Notes under the pieces: generated by a model
The model's input: the letters and a program-made list of their open reading frames with translations, nothing else
What the model was told of the DNA's origin: nothing
Databases searched by the model: none
Shown here: piece by piece, positions 37,136 through 47,048 of the stretch
How the letters are laid out: each line of letters begins with the position of its first letter
Numbering within the stretch: the stretch's first letter is position 1
Sequence record: MK310183
Origin: Phage NC-B
Direction: 5' to 3' (one strand)
DNA length: 64,000 bases
Translations under genes and position numbers: made by a program

Positions 37136-38919
37136 GGCCGTGCCTCCCCATCTTGTGTTAGAAGGGAAGCTGCATCTTCTCCGTTGGTGACTGTAAACGG
37201 ATTATCTTCATCAACTTCATGATCTTCTCGTTCCACAAGACGACCTGTTTCGTTGATGTATTTGGTATAGCAAACCCCTGTCTGTCCATAGTTACGCTCT
37301 TTGAGCAGACGTATGATTGACAAGTTTTTACCTAACCCATCCGCTTGCTTATTACGTTCGAAACCGATAATACATTGACACCAGCGCATTAATGAACGTG
37401 AGCCAGTAAACTGTACTTCTTTAACCTGACCACCTTCTTCGTGAGGGGCACCGCCCGCCGGAGCATTCAAGTGAGATAACACAAAAGCAGTGAAGTCTAA
37501 TTCCTTACACATACCAGCAAGCTCTGAAGCAATCTTACTGATTTCTGTATTCACTTCGGATGGAGTTAAGTGAGATACCAATGCAGTGATGTTATCAAGG
37601 ATGATAAACTTACACTGATTCTCAACTACCCAAAAGCGAATACACTGCTTAATGTCTTCCCACTCATTCTGTCCAAAGTTGTCGTATAAGAAAAACTTAT
37701 CAGCGTATCGAAGTGCTTCATCTCGTAGCTGACTTTCTTCATACTCAACATCTGGTCGGTGAAATGGAACAGATGCAGACTTACCAGCAATGTTCTTAAC
37801 AGACATGCCTACCTTCTCTTCCAAGAAGAAGCCACCACCATTAAAACCATGCTCAAGGCAAAGCCATGCTACCAGTTCGTGTGCGATTAAGGTTTTACCT
37901 GAACCAACACCACCTCCGATTGCAACCATCTCTCCCCAACGAATACCAAAGGTCATGTCATTGAGAGTTTTCCACGGATAAGGGATACCCCATTCCGCTT
38001 TCTTCAGAGCGTCTTCAAGGCAGTCAAAAACTGTAACAGCTCCAGCAGGAGATTCCCGCTTAGCTGAATACTTCAGATTATTGAAAAGCTCTTGACCTCT
38101 CCCTGCCAGTAACATGTCGTTTGCATCTTTGATTTCCTTTTCCTGTCCGTTGTAAGTAAACGTACCTTTTGGAATTCTTGCAAACTTGACATGTGGGTAC
38201 AGAGAACGACCTTTAGTCAATGCAATCTCACCTGCATCATCATTGTCCATGCAGAGTACAATCTCCTCGAAACCGTTAATAAAATCACGATTTCTTGATA
38301 ACACAGAAGAGATTGAACCTGCACCGAACGGAAGAGAGACACAAGCAGGTTTGATATTAGTTGCGTTTGTGAACGCAGTAAGTACGTGGAATCCAGACAT
38401 ACAAGAGAGTGGGTCTTCAAAGATGAAGAGCTTCTTATTGTAAACATCGCCACGTTGTGCTTGAGCCATACCAAATAAGTCGGCTTCTTTCACATTACCT
38501 ACATAATAGAACTTCTTGCTGTCTAGAAGTTTTACTTCATATCCAACAATATTCCCATCACGTTCACGAGGGAAGAAGTAGCTGTCAGGAGTTTGACCGT
38601 CTGTTTGACTTAAACCAATACGGCATCCATAACGTTCAGATACAGCTTTAGGAATTAAGCGACGAGTCAATTCTCCCTGAGGAAGCTCTAAGCAATCGTC
38701 TAAGACTTCTCGGAGTTCTTCAGGGGACAGCTCTTTCTTTTCATTAGGAGTGGGCGTCGTTCCTTTCTCGAAGATTTCATACGCACCACATCTGTTACAT
38801 GAACCCCACTCCTCACCGGACTCTTCATTTCGGAAGAGAATCATGTGATTGCGGGTCTTATCACGACCATGAGAGATACACTCTTTACAGCCCGTGTCTC
38901 CCAAAATGATCTTTGACAT
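37129..38919 (-). CDS. Primase-helicase (T7 gp4-like: zinc finger, TOPRIM primase, DnaB-family helicase)
   Basis: AAGGAGG RBS; N-terminal Cys4 zinc motif, Walker A GGGVGSGKT, 596 aa. Confidence 0.8.
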   Translation of the reverse strand: MSKIILGDTGCKECISHGRDKTRNHMILFRNEESGEEWGSCNRCGAYEIFEKGTTPTPNEKKELSPEELREVLDDCLELPQGELTRRLIPKAVSERYGCRIGLSQTDGQTPDSYFFPRERDGNIVGYEVKLLDSKKFYYVGNVKEADLFGMAQAQRGDVYNKKLFIFEDPLSCMSGFHVLTAFTNATNIKPACVSLPFGAGSISSVLSRNRDFINGFEEIVLCMDNDDAGEIALTKGRSLYPHVKFARIPKGTFTYNGQEKEIKDANDMLLAGRGQELFNNLKYSAKRESPAGAVTVFDCLEDALKKAEWGIPYPWKTLNDMTFGIRWGEMVAIGGGVGSGKTLIAHELVAWLCLEHGFNGGGFFLEEKVGMSVKNIAGKSASVPFHRPDVEYEESQLRDEALRYADKFFLYDNFGQNEWEDIKQCIRFWVVENQCKFIILDNITALVSHLTPSEVNTEISKIASELAGMCKELDFTAFVLSHLNAPAGGAPHEEGGQVKEVQFTGSRSLMRWCQCIIGFERNKQADGLGKNLSIIRLLKERNYGQTGVCYTKYINETGRLVEREDHEVDEDNPFTVTNGEDAASLLTQDGEARPW

Positions 38920-38954
38920 GCTCTATCCTCCTTGGAATTCCTTGAGCAATCTTC

Positions 38955-39161
38955 TTAGTAAAACGATCGTATTTCTTCCCACACATCATCTTGCAAGTTT
39001 CTAAAACCCTGCAAGGTTTGCTTTGTTCTGTGAATAAATTCTTCAGAGTGCTTATCAGGTGTGAGCATACTGACAAACTTTTCATAGCGATTAATCTTCC
39101 ACCGCATCTTCAAGTAGTCAGATTCCAGCTTTCTTAACTTCTGCCTGTCAGTTACTGTCAT
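38955..39161 (-). CDS. Hypothetical basic protein
   Basis: Internal ATG at 39161 chosen to limit overlap with upstream gene; start uncertain (track 39257). Confidence 0.3.
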   Translation of the reverse strand: MTVTDRQKLRKLESDYLKMRWKINRYEKFVSMLTPDKHSEEFIHRTKQTLQGFRNLQDDVWEEIRSFY

Positions 39162-39579
39162 CCTTCTCACCTGCCAGATATGCTGTCCAGTCACCAGATT
39201 CAACCAGAACATCTTGTTCTTCGTCGATGTGATAAATCCACGCTTCCACAGTTTCACCGCTGTCCAATAATACTGGAATCAGCGTACGCTTGTAAAAGGT
39301 GTATGGGTTATCATTACCACGATGACCTTCCAGACCGTCATACGGACCTTCCAGACCAGCTTGGGTTGTTTCAAAGACCTCTACACGAACAGGCTTACCG
39401 TTGCTGTCATGCTCCAGAGATACACTTGGGAAGTATGCTGTGCAATACTGATACAGGTTACAGTTGTTTACTGTCCACCCTTCACCAATAGACACACCAC
39501 CTGCGCGAGCATTGATAGCGTGGTTGTGTTGACCTTTACGAAGAGAACCATACGTTGCAACTAATACTTTATCAGACAT
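39148..39579 (-). CDS. Gamma-glutamyl cyclotransferase-like (AIG2/GGCT family) protein
   Basis: AAAGGT RBS; N-terminal VATYGSLRKG (YGSL motif); 143 aa. Confidence 0.55.
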   Translation of the reverse strand: MSDKVLVATYGSLRKGQHNHAINARAGGVSIGEGWTVNNCNLYQYCTAYFPSVSLEHDSNGKPVRVEVFETTQAGLEGPYDGLEGHRGNDNPYTFYKRTLIPVLLDSGETVEAWIYHIDEEQDVLVESGDWTAYLAGEKDDSN

Positions 39580-39583
39580 TACA

Positions 39584-39781
39584 TTACCTTTTGTTTAAAA
39601 TTTCTTTTGTACAAGAAGTCCCGTTACACACGAGAACTGTTTGAGTTATAGAATCGACAACTGTTACATGGCTGCCGCATTGAGTTATGATTTGACCTCT
39701 CCCTGAATCTTTAGAGATGCATTCATCAGCGGCGATTGCTGACACACTGAATAAGGAGAGGAAAAATAGAATCTTTTTCAT
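39584..39781 (-). CDS. Small secreted Cys-rich protein
   Basis: Signal peptide MKKILFFLSLFSVSAIA then 6 Cys in 45 residues. Confidence 0.4.
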   Translation of the reverse strand: MKKILFFLSLFSVSAIAADECISKDSGRGQIITQCGSHVTVVDSITQTVLVCNGTSCTKEILNKR

Positions 39782-39787
39782 TGCTGC

Positions 39788-40204
39788 TTACCAATCATGT
39801 TGGAAACCAGAATATCCAGAGAAGATGATTGATCGGATTGGCTTTTCAGGGAATTCTTCAAAACATCCCTTAATGGCTTTCTTGGTTTCATCAGACATTG
39901 ACTCTTTTTCGCCAAACCAGTATTCTTCAAAAATATCAGAGAAGATATAAGTTCGGTATCTTTCCAAGTCATAAAAACCTTCCACTGCACCTGTAACAGC
40001 TCGACTGATCGTACTAGAAGCTACAGGAAATAAATCACTGTGCTCCATAAATAAACACCAACGATCAAAGAGTGGAATCTCTTCATCTTTCAGAAGACTC
40101 TCTAATTCTTCCTTTGCCTCTTTCTTATTCTTCTCAAAGAGGTTTTTGGAATATTCTACATCTAAGATACGACTCTTAAACATATCCAGTTTATTGTCAA
40201 CCAT
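39788..40204 (-). CDS. Hypothetical protein
   Basis: GGAGG RBS, ATG; 138 aa. Confidence 0.5.
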   Translation of the reverse strand: MVDNKLDMFKSRILDVEYSKNLFEKNKKEAKEELESLLKDEEIPLFDRWCLFMEHSDLFPVASSTISRAVTGAVEGFYDLERYRTYIFSDIFEEYWFGEKESMSDETKKAIKGCFEEFPEKPIRSIIFSGYSGFQHDW

Positions 40205-40260
40205 TTACAACCTCCAGTTAAATTCGAACTAGCCTCCTCTTTCGAAGAGGCTAAAGCAAA

Positions 40261-40446
40261 TTATTCTACTTCGAAGTGTTTGATCACACCAGTTAGTACA
40301 TCAGATTGGAATGTACCCACTAGCTCTGCGCCTCGGAAGAAATTGACATTTGTTCCTAGTGTTTCAAAGCGCTCTGCTTGAATGTCCAGAGATTGAATAT
40401 TCCCTTCTGATGTTACTGTACGAAACATGATTGTATATTTATTCAT
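40261..40446 (-). CDS. Hypothetical protein
   Basis: ATGA overlap with upstream stop; 61 aa. Confidence 0.35.
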   Translation of the reverse strand: MNKYTIMFRTVTSEGNIQSLDIQAERFETLGTNVNFFRGAELVGTFQSDVLTGVIKHFEVE

Positions 40447-40685
40447 AGACTTGTTACTCCCTTATCTGCTTGTGCAATAGCAAAAATTCGCTCTACACAT
40501 TCCATTGAGTCTTTATCACCACGCTTTAAGAAGGTGACGATAGCAGAGAATTGATTACCAATCATTCTCTTATTGGTGATACCAAACTCTTCACAGAGTT
40601 GGTTAATCATTTTACGAGAGCCTACAATCAGAGGCTCTTTTTCTTCAGTCATTCCACGGCTGATCAAATCTTCGATAGACAACAT
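40443..40685 (-). CDS. Hypothetical protein
   Basis: AAGGA RBS, ATG; 80 aa. Confidence 0.4.
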   Translation of the reverse strand: MLSIEDLISRGMTEEKEPLIVGSRKMINQLCEEFGITNKRMIGNQFSAIVTFLKRGDKDSMECVERIFAIAQADKGVTSL

Positions 40686-40711
40686 TACAAATTCCTTTTT
40701 GTTTAATTTAA

Positions 40712-41947
40712 TTATAGAGTTACTGCTACTTCGCTACCTTCAACATTGACAGACTCTAACTTGCGAGGGTTATGAATCTGGACTGGATTGACCGGAACGT
40801 TCCAACCACTGCGGTAGAAGTTACGACCATCACAGAACAGGATGACATTGGCAGACATTGCATTCGGTTGCAGGTTGTTGTGGACATGACGGATATTTGC
40901 AATCCAGTAGCCACGAGACAAAGTGTAGCCAGTAGGTGCATTACGAATAGTTTGAGTATTCATCTGACCTTCCAGTTGCATTTCTTCAGGAACCATATCA
41001 ACTGAATCAATCGGCTGTGCTACTTGTCCTTCCAGTGCAAAGTTTTCATCATCAGCACTTTCACTGTCATCAACCAACTCACCATCTCCGTCTTCAATCG
41101 GAGTCTGGTAAACCACTTTATACTGAGGAGTATAGAGAGGGTTCTGAGCTTTAACAAACTCAAGAATGTTATGACGGTAGGTATCCAGAGTTGTACCAGT
41201 CAGGCCCGGTGCTGTATTAACTTCCAGTACCCACGCTTCTTGACCTTTGGTGATAATATCAACTGCACCGAAATCCAGACCCATTGATTCAACAGCTTTC
41301 ACTGCATTGATCAGAGAGGCGTCATTCGGAGCATCTGTGAAGGAGCTTGAGTAAACCCAGCCAGTGTGGTGATTACGAATATCTTCACGATAGTTAGGGT
41401 CTTCGCGATAACCATTGCGACGAATCTTCTTCTGAACATAGGTGATTACACCTTTGAACACATGGACACGCCACTCACGACGTGGGCCTTGAATGCCTTT
41501 AGTGTACAGTTCAGCTCGACCAAGACCATCACCCGGTTCTACAACAACAATGCCCGAACCAGAGTGACCAGTCAGCTCATGGCGCTCATACACAATATTA
41601 CCAGTGTTTGACCACTCTTGAGCAGTCTCTTGAGCATCTGTGTATTCCACAGTTTTAACACCTGCTTGGTCCATCACGCTGAAAGCACGACGTTTGTTCG
41701 CTGCCATATGTAAGGCTGCGGTACGGTTAAGGACGGTTGAAGAACCAAAGAATGATTCAGGATAGCGACGGTTCCCGTAGTTAACAACCACATCACCTTC
41801 ACGAGAACGCCAGCGGCTATTCTCTGAAAGAAGACCCATCACGTTAGCATTGATGCGTTCATCACGGATAGTATCACTGATAGCAGATACTAGAGCGTTA
41901 ACAGAATCAGACGGGCCATACGGAAGAACACGGATACGAGTAGTCAT
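40712..41947 (-). CDS. ATP-grasp fold ligase
   Basis: Motifs EWRVHVFKGVITYV and AWVLEVNTAPGL match ATP-grasp (RimK/glutathione-synthetase-like) signatures; 411 aa. Confidence 0.5.
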   Translation of the reverse strand: MTTRIRVLPYGPSDSVNALVSAISDTIRDERINANVMGLLSENSRWRSREGDVVVNYGNRRYPESFFGSSTVLNRTAALHMAANKRRAFSVMDQAGVKTVEYTDAQETAQEWSNTGNIVYERHELTGHSGSGIVVVEPGDGLGRAELYTKGIQGPRREWRVHVFKGVITYVQKKIRRNGYREDPNYREDIRNHHTGWVYSSSFTDAPNDASLINAVKAVESMGLDFGAVDIITKGQEAWVLEVNTAPGLTGTTLDTYRHNILEFVKAQNPLYTPQYKVVYQTPIEDGDGELVDDSESADDENFALEGQVAQPIDSVDMVPEEMQLEGQMNTQTIRNAPTGYTLSRGYWIANIRHVHNNLQPNAMSANVILFCDGRNFYRSGWNVPVNPVQIHNPRKLESVNVEGSEVAVTL

Positions 41948-41950
41948 TTT

Positions 41951-42172
41951 TTAGATACCTTTTAGTTTAAGAATTTCGTTACGACAGGATTGAATTTTAG
42001 CTTCGATTGCCCAATACTCAGCGAACATTTCGTCTTCTTGGGCATCGCTTGGAGAGTCGATTAAGTTAAAAGCAAACGGATACAGCTTTCGCTGCTCCGT
42101 TACCAGTTGTTGAAGTCGGAGTTGTTGATACTCCAGCATTGTCAGGTGAGGCTTAGCTCCCCTGTTTGACAT
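41951..42172 (-). CDS. Hypothetical protein
   Basis: ATG at 42172 (track start is TTG at 42181); 73 aa. Confidence 0.35.
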   Translation of the reverse strand: MSNRGAKPHLTMLEYQQLRLQQLVTEQRKLYPFAFNLIDSPSDAQEDEMFAEYWAIEAKIQSCRNEILKLKGI

Positions 42173-42386
42173 GAGGCTCAACTTTAATCCCCTTCATTTT
42201 AACATAGTCAGCCAACACGTTATTAATAACGGTTGGAAAAGGGATTTCTACTGGAGAGTCAACCAGCTTCCCAATACCTTCTTGCATCCACTTCTGGATT
42301 GCTCGGAGGTTATCACATCCTGTGCTTGTCATCGGAATACGGCGGGTAGTTACCACGTTATCCAACATCAGTTTACGAACTTCCAT
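42153..42386 (-). CDS. Hypothetical protein
   Basis: AAGAGG RBS, ATG; 77 aa. Confidence 0.4.
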   Translation of the reverse strand: MEVRKLMLDNVVTTRRIPMTSTGCDNLRAIQKWMQEGIGKLVDSPVEIPFPTVINNVLADYVKMKGIKVEPHVKQGS

Positions 42387-42397
42387 AACTATACCTC

Positions 42398-44401
42398 TTA
42401 GTGTTTACCTTTACAGTAATCTGAATTACAGATCACCCTGTTTTCTTTGTTCAGTGAGCAAGTTTCTGCATCACGCCACGGAATTTGTTTATAACAGACT
42501 GCACAAAACCCAATTGAAGTCCAGAGGGCTTTTGTAAACTCAGCTGTTCGTTGTCCATCGTAACTGACAACTGTTTTTCGGAGAGAGGTTGACTTTTCTG
42601 GAAATGTCTCCGCTTTCTCAGCGGGTACCTCCTTTGGGGCATTCTTTGGACCATAAACAGAGATGGCATAGGTATCACCACCACGTTTTTCCAAATACGA
42701 ATTAGGAACATCTGCAAGTGTGATATCCCCTGAACGTTTTGCTGAGCTAACCATTACAATCATACGGCTAAGCATACGTTCATCAACACGAACAGCTACT
42801 TCAGGACGACGTGGGTTGGTTGTGTCCACTGCTTTAGTCCAAATATAACCCTCAGACAGCGTAACATTCTTTACTTTGTCTTTGATTTCTTTGGAGCAGA
42901 TATAACAAACGTCTTCACCACGAAGTTTACTCATTTCGTTGTCAAACTCGAAATCAGTCTTGACTTCACCACAGATAGCACATACACCCAAAGGCACATC
43001 TTCTTCCTCTTCAGAGGTTTTAGATAACGCTTCGAAGCATTCTGGATGCCAGTATGCCTGATAAGCAAACACAGCCTTACGAGCATCTTTCCAGTCAATG
43101 TGCTTATCACAACCACCACAGTCACCATGAGAGTGAGACTCCCAGAACTTACGAGTGACTTCTACACCATTCTTAGTGATGAAGGAGTCCTCTGCATCAA
43201 AAGGGATATCATCATCAAAATCAGCAGTAGTGCTTTGAGGCTCCTTATCTGTAGCATCAACAAACAGCCCTGAAGTTAGTACGAGGCGAATCATACTGTC
43301 CACTTCGGAGATACAAGCAATCGTCCCGCGATATACTACCTTTGGGTTTTCAAGAGCCTTAAGATATTCATCTTTGGCTACGTTGTGAACATCCCCTTCG
43401 ACATACTCTTGGGCTTTATCATCGTAGATGTAACCAACCATCTTACCACGATCTGTGTTGTTATAAGCATGGAACTCGTGAGGAATAATATCCACACGAC
43501 CATCACGACGATAAGGAAGACCACGATCGGCAGCCAGTTTGTTCTGGTCTTCAATCGCTTTACGACGACGAATGTCTCCGCTTGTCACGCCGGGCTTGTC
43601 GTCTTTGTTTCCGTAAATGTCGCTTGTGCTGCTGCTTGATTTGTTTGTCTGTTGGTTCTGATATAGAGAGGAGTTCGAGTAATAGCCGCCCCAGCGACTC
43701 GTTATCGTAAAAACCGGAAGCTTGTGCTCCACCTCTTGAACCAGAGTCATACGACTGTTAGACACATCAAAGATATACTCAGTTCCCACTTTACACTCGA
43801 AGTGGTCATTGATACGGTTCTTATGGGACTTAGAACGCTCTAAAATCCACATAAGCATAGCTTCTTCAGAAGCCCCAAACCAATCTAAACCACAACGGGC
43901 TAGGTGGAAAGGACGCTCATCATTACGGATAATGTGAAGCGTGTTGTCTTTAGCATCATGCCAAATCAAAGTGAATGCACCATCCAGTTTTTGGATAGTC
44001 TCTGCTGCTCCAATGGTGTTAATTGAGTGGCAGATGTTTTCACTATCAACTTCGAAACGTTTACTGTCAGGAAGGAGATCTTGATCTAACAGGGTTCCAT
44101 TATGAACCAGAGTGATATCACCGTGAGTAAATGGGTGAGCGTTTCGAGCATTGACAGCCCCACGAGTGGCATGTCGGCTATGACCAACAATCCACGAAGG
44201 AGGAACTACGTAGTTCGTAAGTCCTTTGGTAATATTCTTATATTCTGTCTGGAGCATAAAAGCGTAAGAAGGAAGAGCTTCTTTGTAAGAGAAGACTTGC
44301 TTTTCACCTTTACGCTGACCAAACACACCAGTTGAGTGCTGTCCACGGAAAACACCAGCATACAGAAGTTGGTTGAAAATATCCAAATCTGTTGAGGTCA
44401 T
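42398..44401 (-). CDS. Ntn-hydrolase / class-II glutamine amidotransferase-like protein with C-terminal Cys-rich zinc-ribbon region
   Basis: N-terminal region has GAT-II-like HSRHATRG...NAHPF...LVHNGTL but begins MTST (no Cys2); C-terminal half has several CxxC pairs; 667 aa. Confidence 0.45.
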   Translation of the reverse strand: MTSTDLDIFNQLLYAGVFRGQHSTGVFGQRKGEKQVFSYKEALPSYAFMLQTEYKNITKGLTNYVVPPSWIVGHSRHATRGAVNARNAHPFTHGDITLVHNGTLLDQDLLPDSKRFEVDSENICHSINTIGAAETIQKLDGAFTLIWHDAKDNTLHIIRNDERPFHLARCGLDWFGASEEAMLMWILERSKSHKNRINDHFECKVGTEYIFDVSNSRMTLVQEVEHKLPVFTITSRWGGYYSNSSLYQNQQTNKSSSSTSDIYGNKDDKPGVTSGDIRRRKAIEDQNKLAADRGLPYRRDGRVDIIPHEFHAYNNTDRGKMVGYIYDDKAQEYVEGDVHNVAKDEYLKALENPKVVYRGTIACISEVDSMIRLVLTSGLFVDATDKEPQSTTADFDDDIPFDAEDSFITKNGVEVTRKFWESHSHGDCGGCDKHIDWKDARKAVFAYQAYWHPECFEALSKTSEEEEDVPLGVCAICGEVKTDFEFDNEMSKLRGEDVCYICSKEIKDKVKNVTLSEGYIWTKAVDTTNPRRPEVAVRVDERMLSRMIVMVSSAKRSGDITLADVPNSYLEKRGGDTYAISVYGPKNAPKEVPAEKAETFPEKSTSLRKTVVSYDGQRTAEFTKALWTSIGFCAVCYKQIPWRDAETCSLNKENRVICNSDYCKGKH

Positions 44402-44508
44402 GTTGCCGCCAGCTAATACGATACCACAAATTTTCTAATCCACCTGAAGGGTAAACCCTTTCATCTAATTAACCTTTAAATGCGCCCTTTATCAGAGCGC
44501 CCATTGTG

Positions 44509-45609
44509 TTACAGCAGTCGTTCTAACTGCATTTCCAGATGATCTGGAATATAACCAGTGACATTATCATCACTACTGCCTGATTCACGCATCAATGCAA
44601 ACATGTGACGAATCTCACCAACCGTTGCGGTTCGTGTATTCTCAATCTGGTTAGAGTAATGAGATAAGATTTCTTCATAGACACGGTTAGCATTACCACG
44701 AACATATCCCAAGAAACCATAGAAGTCATTCATGTCACGAAGATTAATCAAGATTTCTCCATCAGAACCTGTCTGATGTACACGAACTCGACCGACCAAA
44801 GTTACAGATCGCTCACGACAGAACAGAATATCTCGAGCAAGACGATACCCTTCAGTGAGATCACTATCTCTTGGGGTGTAGTCTAGAGGTAGATGTTGAA
44901 TCATAGGAGCGAAGCGCAGCTCATTCAACTTCTCAACATAAGCTTCATTGTCTAAATCTGCATATTCAACAGCCAGTTTCTTGAGAACCAAGAAACGATT
45001 GACCAGATTTAGCAGCTGACTCTTTTTCCACTTCGGCTCTGAGATACGGAACTCAACAGAACCAAACTGAGAGAGAGGTAACAGATTAAGGGAGGTGTAC
45101 TTGTCCCAGCTATTAACAAGAGTACGGAAGAAATCTTCCCCATCTCGGTTGAACGCTGATGAAGCATTCATAACTTGAGCTTGAACAACAGCAAAAGCTG
45201 GGCAGAAGTTACTACGGTAACGATGATATCCAGAACATTTGAACATCATCTTTTCATAGAACGTCCACCCAAGAATAACTTTCTTAAGGATATTACTATC
45301 AGCGTCCCGCATATCCATATGAACGTGAGTGGAGCAGCGCCAAGTTCCCTCGGCTCCAGAATCCTGTACCGCTTCACTCAGATTGTTAATAGCACGAAGT
45401 AATTCTTCACCGTTGTAAGGTCGTGAACAAACTAACTCACAACCATCACGAAGAGAGCCGTCTTCAGTACAAACCCACATATCGACGTCAATGTCAGTCG
45501 TACCTTCAACCTCTAACTCAATACCAACACCACACTGAAAGGCAATACTTGGATGCGGTTCAGATAAGCGAGGGTTACGGTATCCAAAAACTTGTGCTAC
45601 GGTTGTCAT
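44509..45609 (-). CDS. Amidoligase-family (glutamine synthetase-like carboxylate-amine ligase) protein
   Basis: GGTGGA RBS; motifs GIELEVEG and RCSTHVHMD fit the amidoligase pattern; 366 aa. Confidence 0.45.
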   Translation of the reverse strand: MTTVAQVFGYRNPRLSEPHPSIAFQCGVGIELEVEGTTDIDVDMWVCTEDGSLRDGCELVCSRPYNGEELLRAINNLSEAVQDSGAEGTWRCSTHVHMDMRDADSNILKKVILGWTFYEKMMFKCSGYHRYRSNFCPAFAVVQAQVMNASSAFNRDGEDFFRTLVNSWDKYTSLNLLPLSQFGSVEFRISEPKWKKSQLLNLVNRFLVLKKLAVEYADLDNEAYVEKLNELRFAPMIQHLPLDYTPRDSDLTEGYRLARDILFCRERSVTLVGRVRVHQTGSDGEILINLRDMNDFYGFLGYVRGNANRVYEEILSHYSNQIENTRTATVGEIRHMFALMRESGSSDDNVTGYIPDHLEMQLERLL

Positions 45610-46232
45610 AATGATTCCACCAACTCTACATTATATGATGACAGGTCTGAAGAAATATGCTTGAACTTCTCCAGAAGGTTTAAAGATTGACGACCATTGT
45701 CGCCATAACCAGCTTCAAGAAGCACGTTTCCAACGTAAGCCCCTTTGTAATAAACTTTTCCATCGACAGGATTGATATAGATGAAACGAGTAACCAACCC
45801 TTCAAACTCTGGATTAAACAGGTTGTACACCAAATCACCCGGAATCGAACGTCCGAGAGAAGGTGGAGCACCACGAAGTTTATTCCCCATCAAGCCTTTA
45901 GCTCGCTGACGAACAGGGTTAATATGGGTCCAGCTCACCATGTTATTACCATGCTGAAGGTATCCTACATCTGGAGACTCCAGAATGAGGTTGTGATCAA
46001 ACACTGGGATATTACTAACAATCTGACGTTCAAACTGACCTTCAGAGTTTTTAGTCCAGCGTTCCGCCTCAAACACTAAAGACATTTCAGCGTCGTGTGA
46101 GTAGTCGTCGATATCAAAGTTACCTTGCTGACGAACATCAAGCACATATAGAGGGAGGTTTTTACCATCAGGTGATCGCTGAGCAATCCATGTTCCACAA
46201 TAATAGTGTTGAAAATCTCTTAACAGGCTCAC
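45606..46232 (-). CDS. Hypothetical protein in amidoligase cluster
   Basis: GTG start 5 nt after AAGGTGA RBS; ATGA coupling to downstream gene; 208 aa. Confidence 0.45.
   Translation of the reverse strand: MSLLRDFQHYYCGTWIAQRSPDGKNLPLYVLDVRQQGNFDIDDYSHDAEMSLVFEAERWTKNSEGQFERQIVSNIPVFDHNLILESPDVGYLQHGNNMVSWTHINPVRQRAKGLMGNKLRGAPPSLGRSIPGDLVYNLFNPEFEGLVTRFIYINPVDGKVYYKGAYVGNVLLEAGYGDNGRQSLNLLEKFKHISSDLSSYNVELVESL
45625..45633 (-). promoter_or_regulatory. Candidate promoter element (variant TAATGTAGA)
   Basis: Minus-strand TATAATGTAGA ~20 nt upstream of amidoligase ATG. Confidence 0.25.
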
Positions 46233-46241
46233 AATATCACC

Positions 46242-47048
46242 TTATACAATCTGGAGTTTAGAGGAGAATTTATCCGCTTCTTTAACATCGTTACTGTTGA
46301 TGATGTTGTGAAGCTTTTCAATTGGAAGGCGAGAGTGAAGTGACATCAATACTTCTATATCACAACCCTGAACAACCTTATCCACTTGCTCATAAACAAA
46401 CTTGCGAGTGGACTTATCACCAATCCAGAAGTTAGAAAGAGAACGATATTCAATACCGTAATCTTTGTAGCGAATGGCAGAAGCCTTTCCGTACAACTCT
46501 TTACGACGAGTGTCTTTATCCATGATCACAGCTGGCAAGGACAGGAAGTAATCACACAACACACCCAACATCATTTGAGTTTGTCGAGTAATCTCTAAAG
46601 TCCCGGAGACACCAAGGTGCACATGACCCCCAGCAGTACGCAAACCTTTATCAGTTGCGACCGGTGAAGGGTTCTTTTGTCCAGTGAAGGCATTGAAATC
46701 AGGAGTACAACCAAATACAAAGGCTGACGGATGGAAAGATTCAAGCTCTTCTGAAGTGAACACATGAGAGCTAATCCCAAGTGCTGCCTCCATGCCACGT
46801 TCATTGAGAACTTTGTTAGTCAGATCAATACCGCGCTGAATGTTATCATCAAACGCTTCAAACCCTTTCTGTGGGTTAATATCAAACTCGGCCAGAACGT
46901 TGTCTTCTTGAAGACGAACATCAGGAGCCAGATCAATTTTATTATCTTTAGAACAGCCCAGCTTACCAGCCACAGAGGTGATAATACCGGAAGCAGTACG
47001 AACAAACATTTCAGGGTCAGAGCCAATAAGGAAAGCGCGCTTAGTCAT
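46242..47048 (-). CDS. Second amidoligase-like protein
   Basis: ATG at 47048 coupled (ATGACTAA); motifs GSDPEMFV and GGHVHLGV; 268 aa. Confidence 0.4.
   Translation of the reverse strand: MTKRAFLIGSDPEMFVRTASGIITSVAGKLGCSKDNKIDLAPDVRLQEDNVLAEFDINPQKGFEAFDDNIQRGIDLTNKVLNERGMEAALGISSHVFTSEELESFHPSAFVFGCTPDFNAFTGQKNPSPVATDKGLRTAGGHVHLGVSGTLEITRQTQMMLGVLCDYFLSLPAVIMDKDTRRKELYGKASAIRYKDYGIEYRSLSNFWIGDKSTRKFVYEQVDKVVQGCDIEVLMSLHSRLPIEKLHNIINSNDVKEADKFSSKLQIV

Noticed and set aside
38885-39085. 66-aa minus-strand ORF overlapping the primase-helicase start
   Set aside because: Overlaps two better-supported genes in another frame; no RBS.
45175-46079. Plus-strand ORFs 45175-45402, 45423-45611, 45687-46079
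   Set aside because: Antisense to the amidoligase and adjacent genes in a uniformly minus-strand block.
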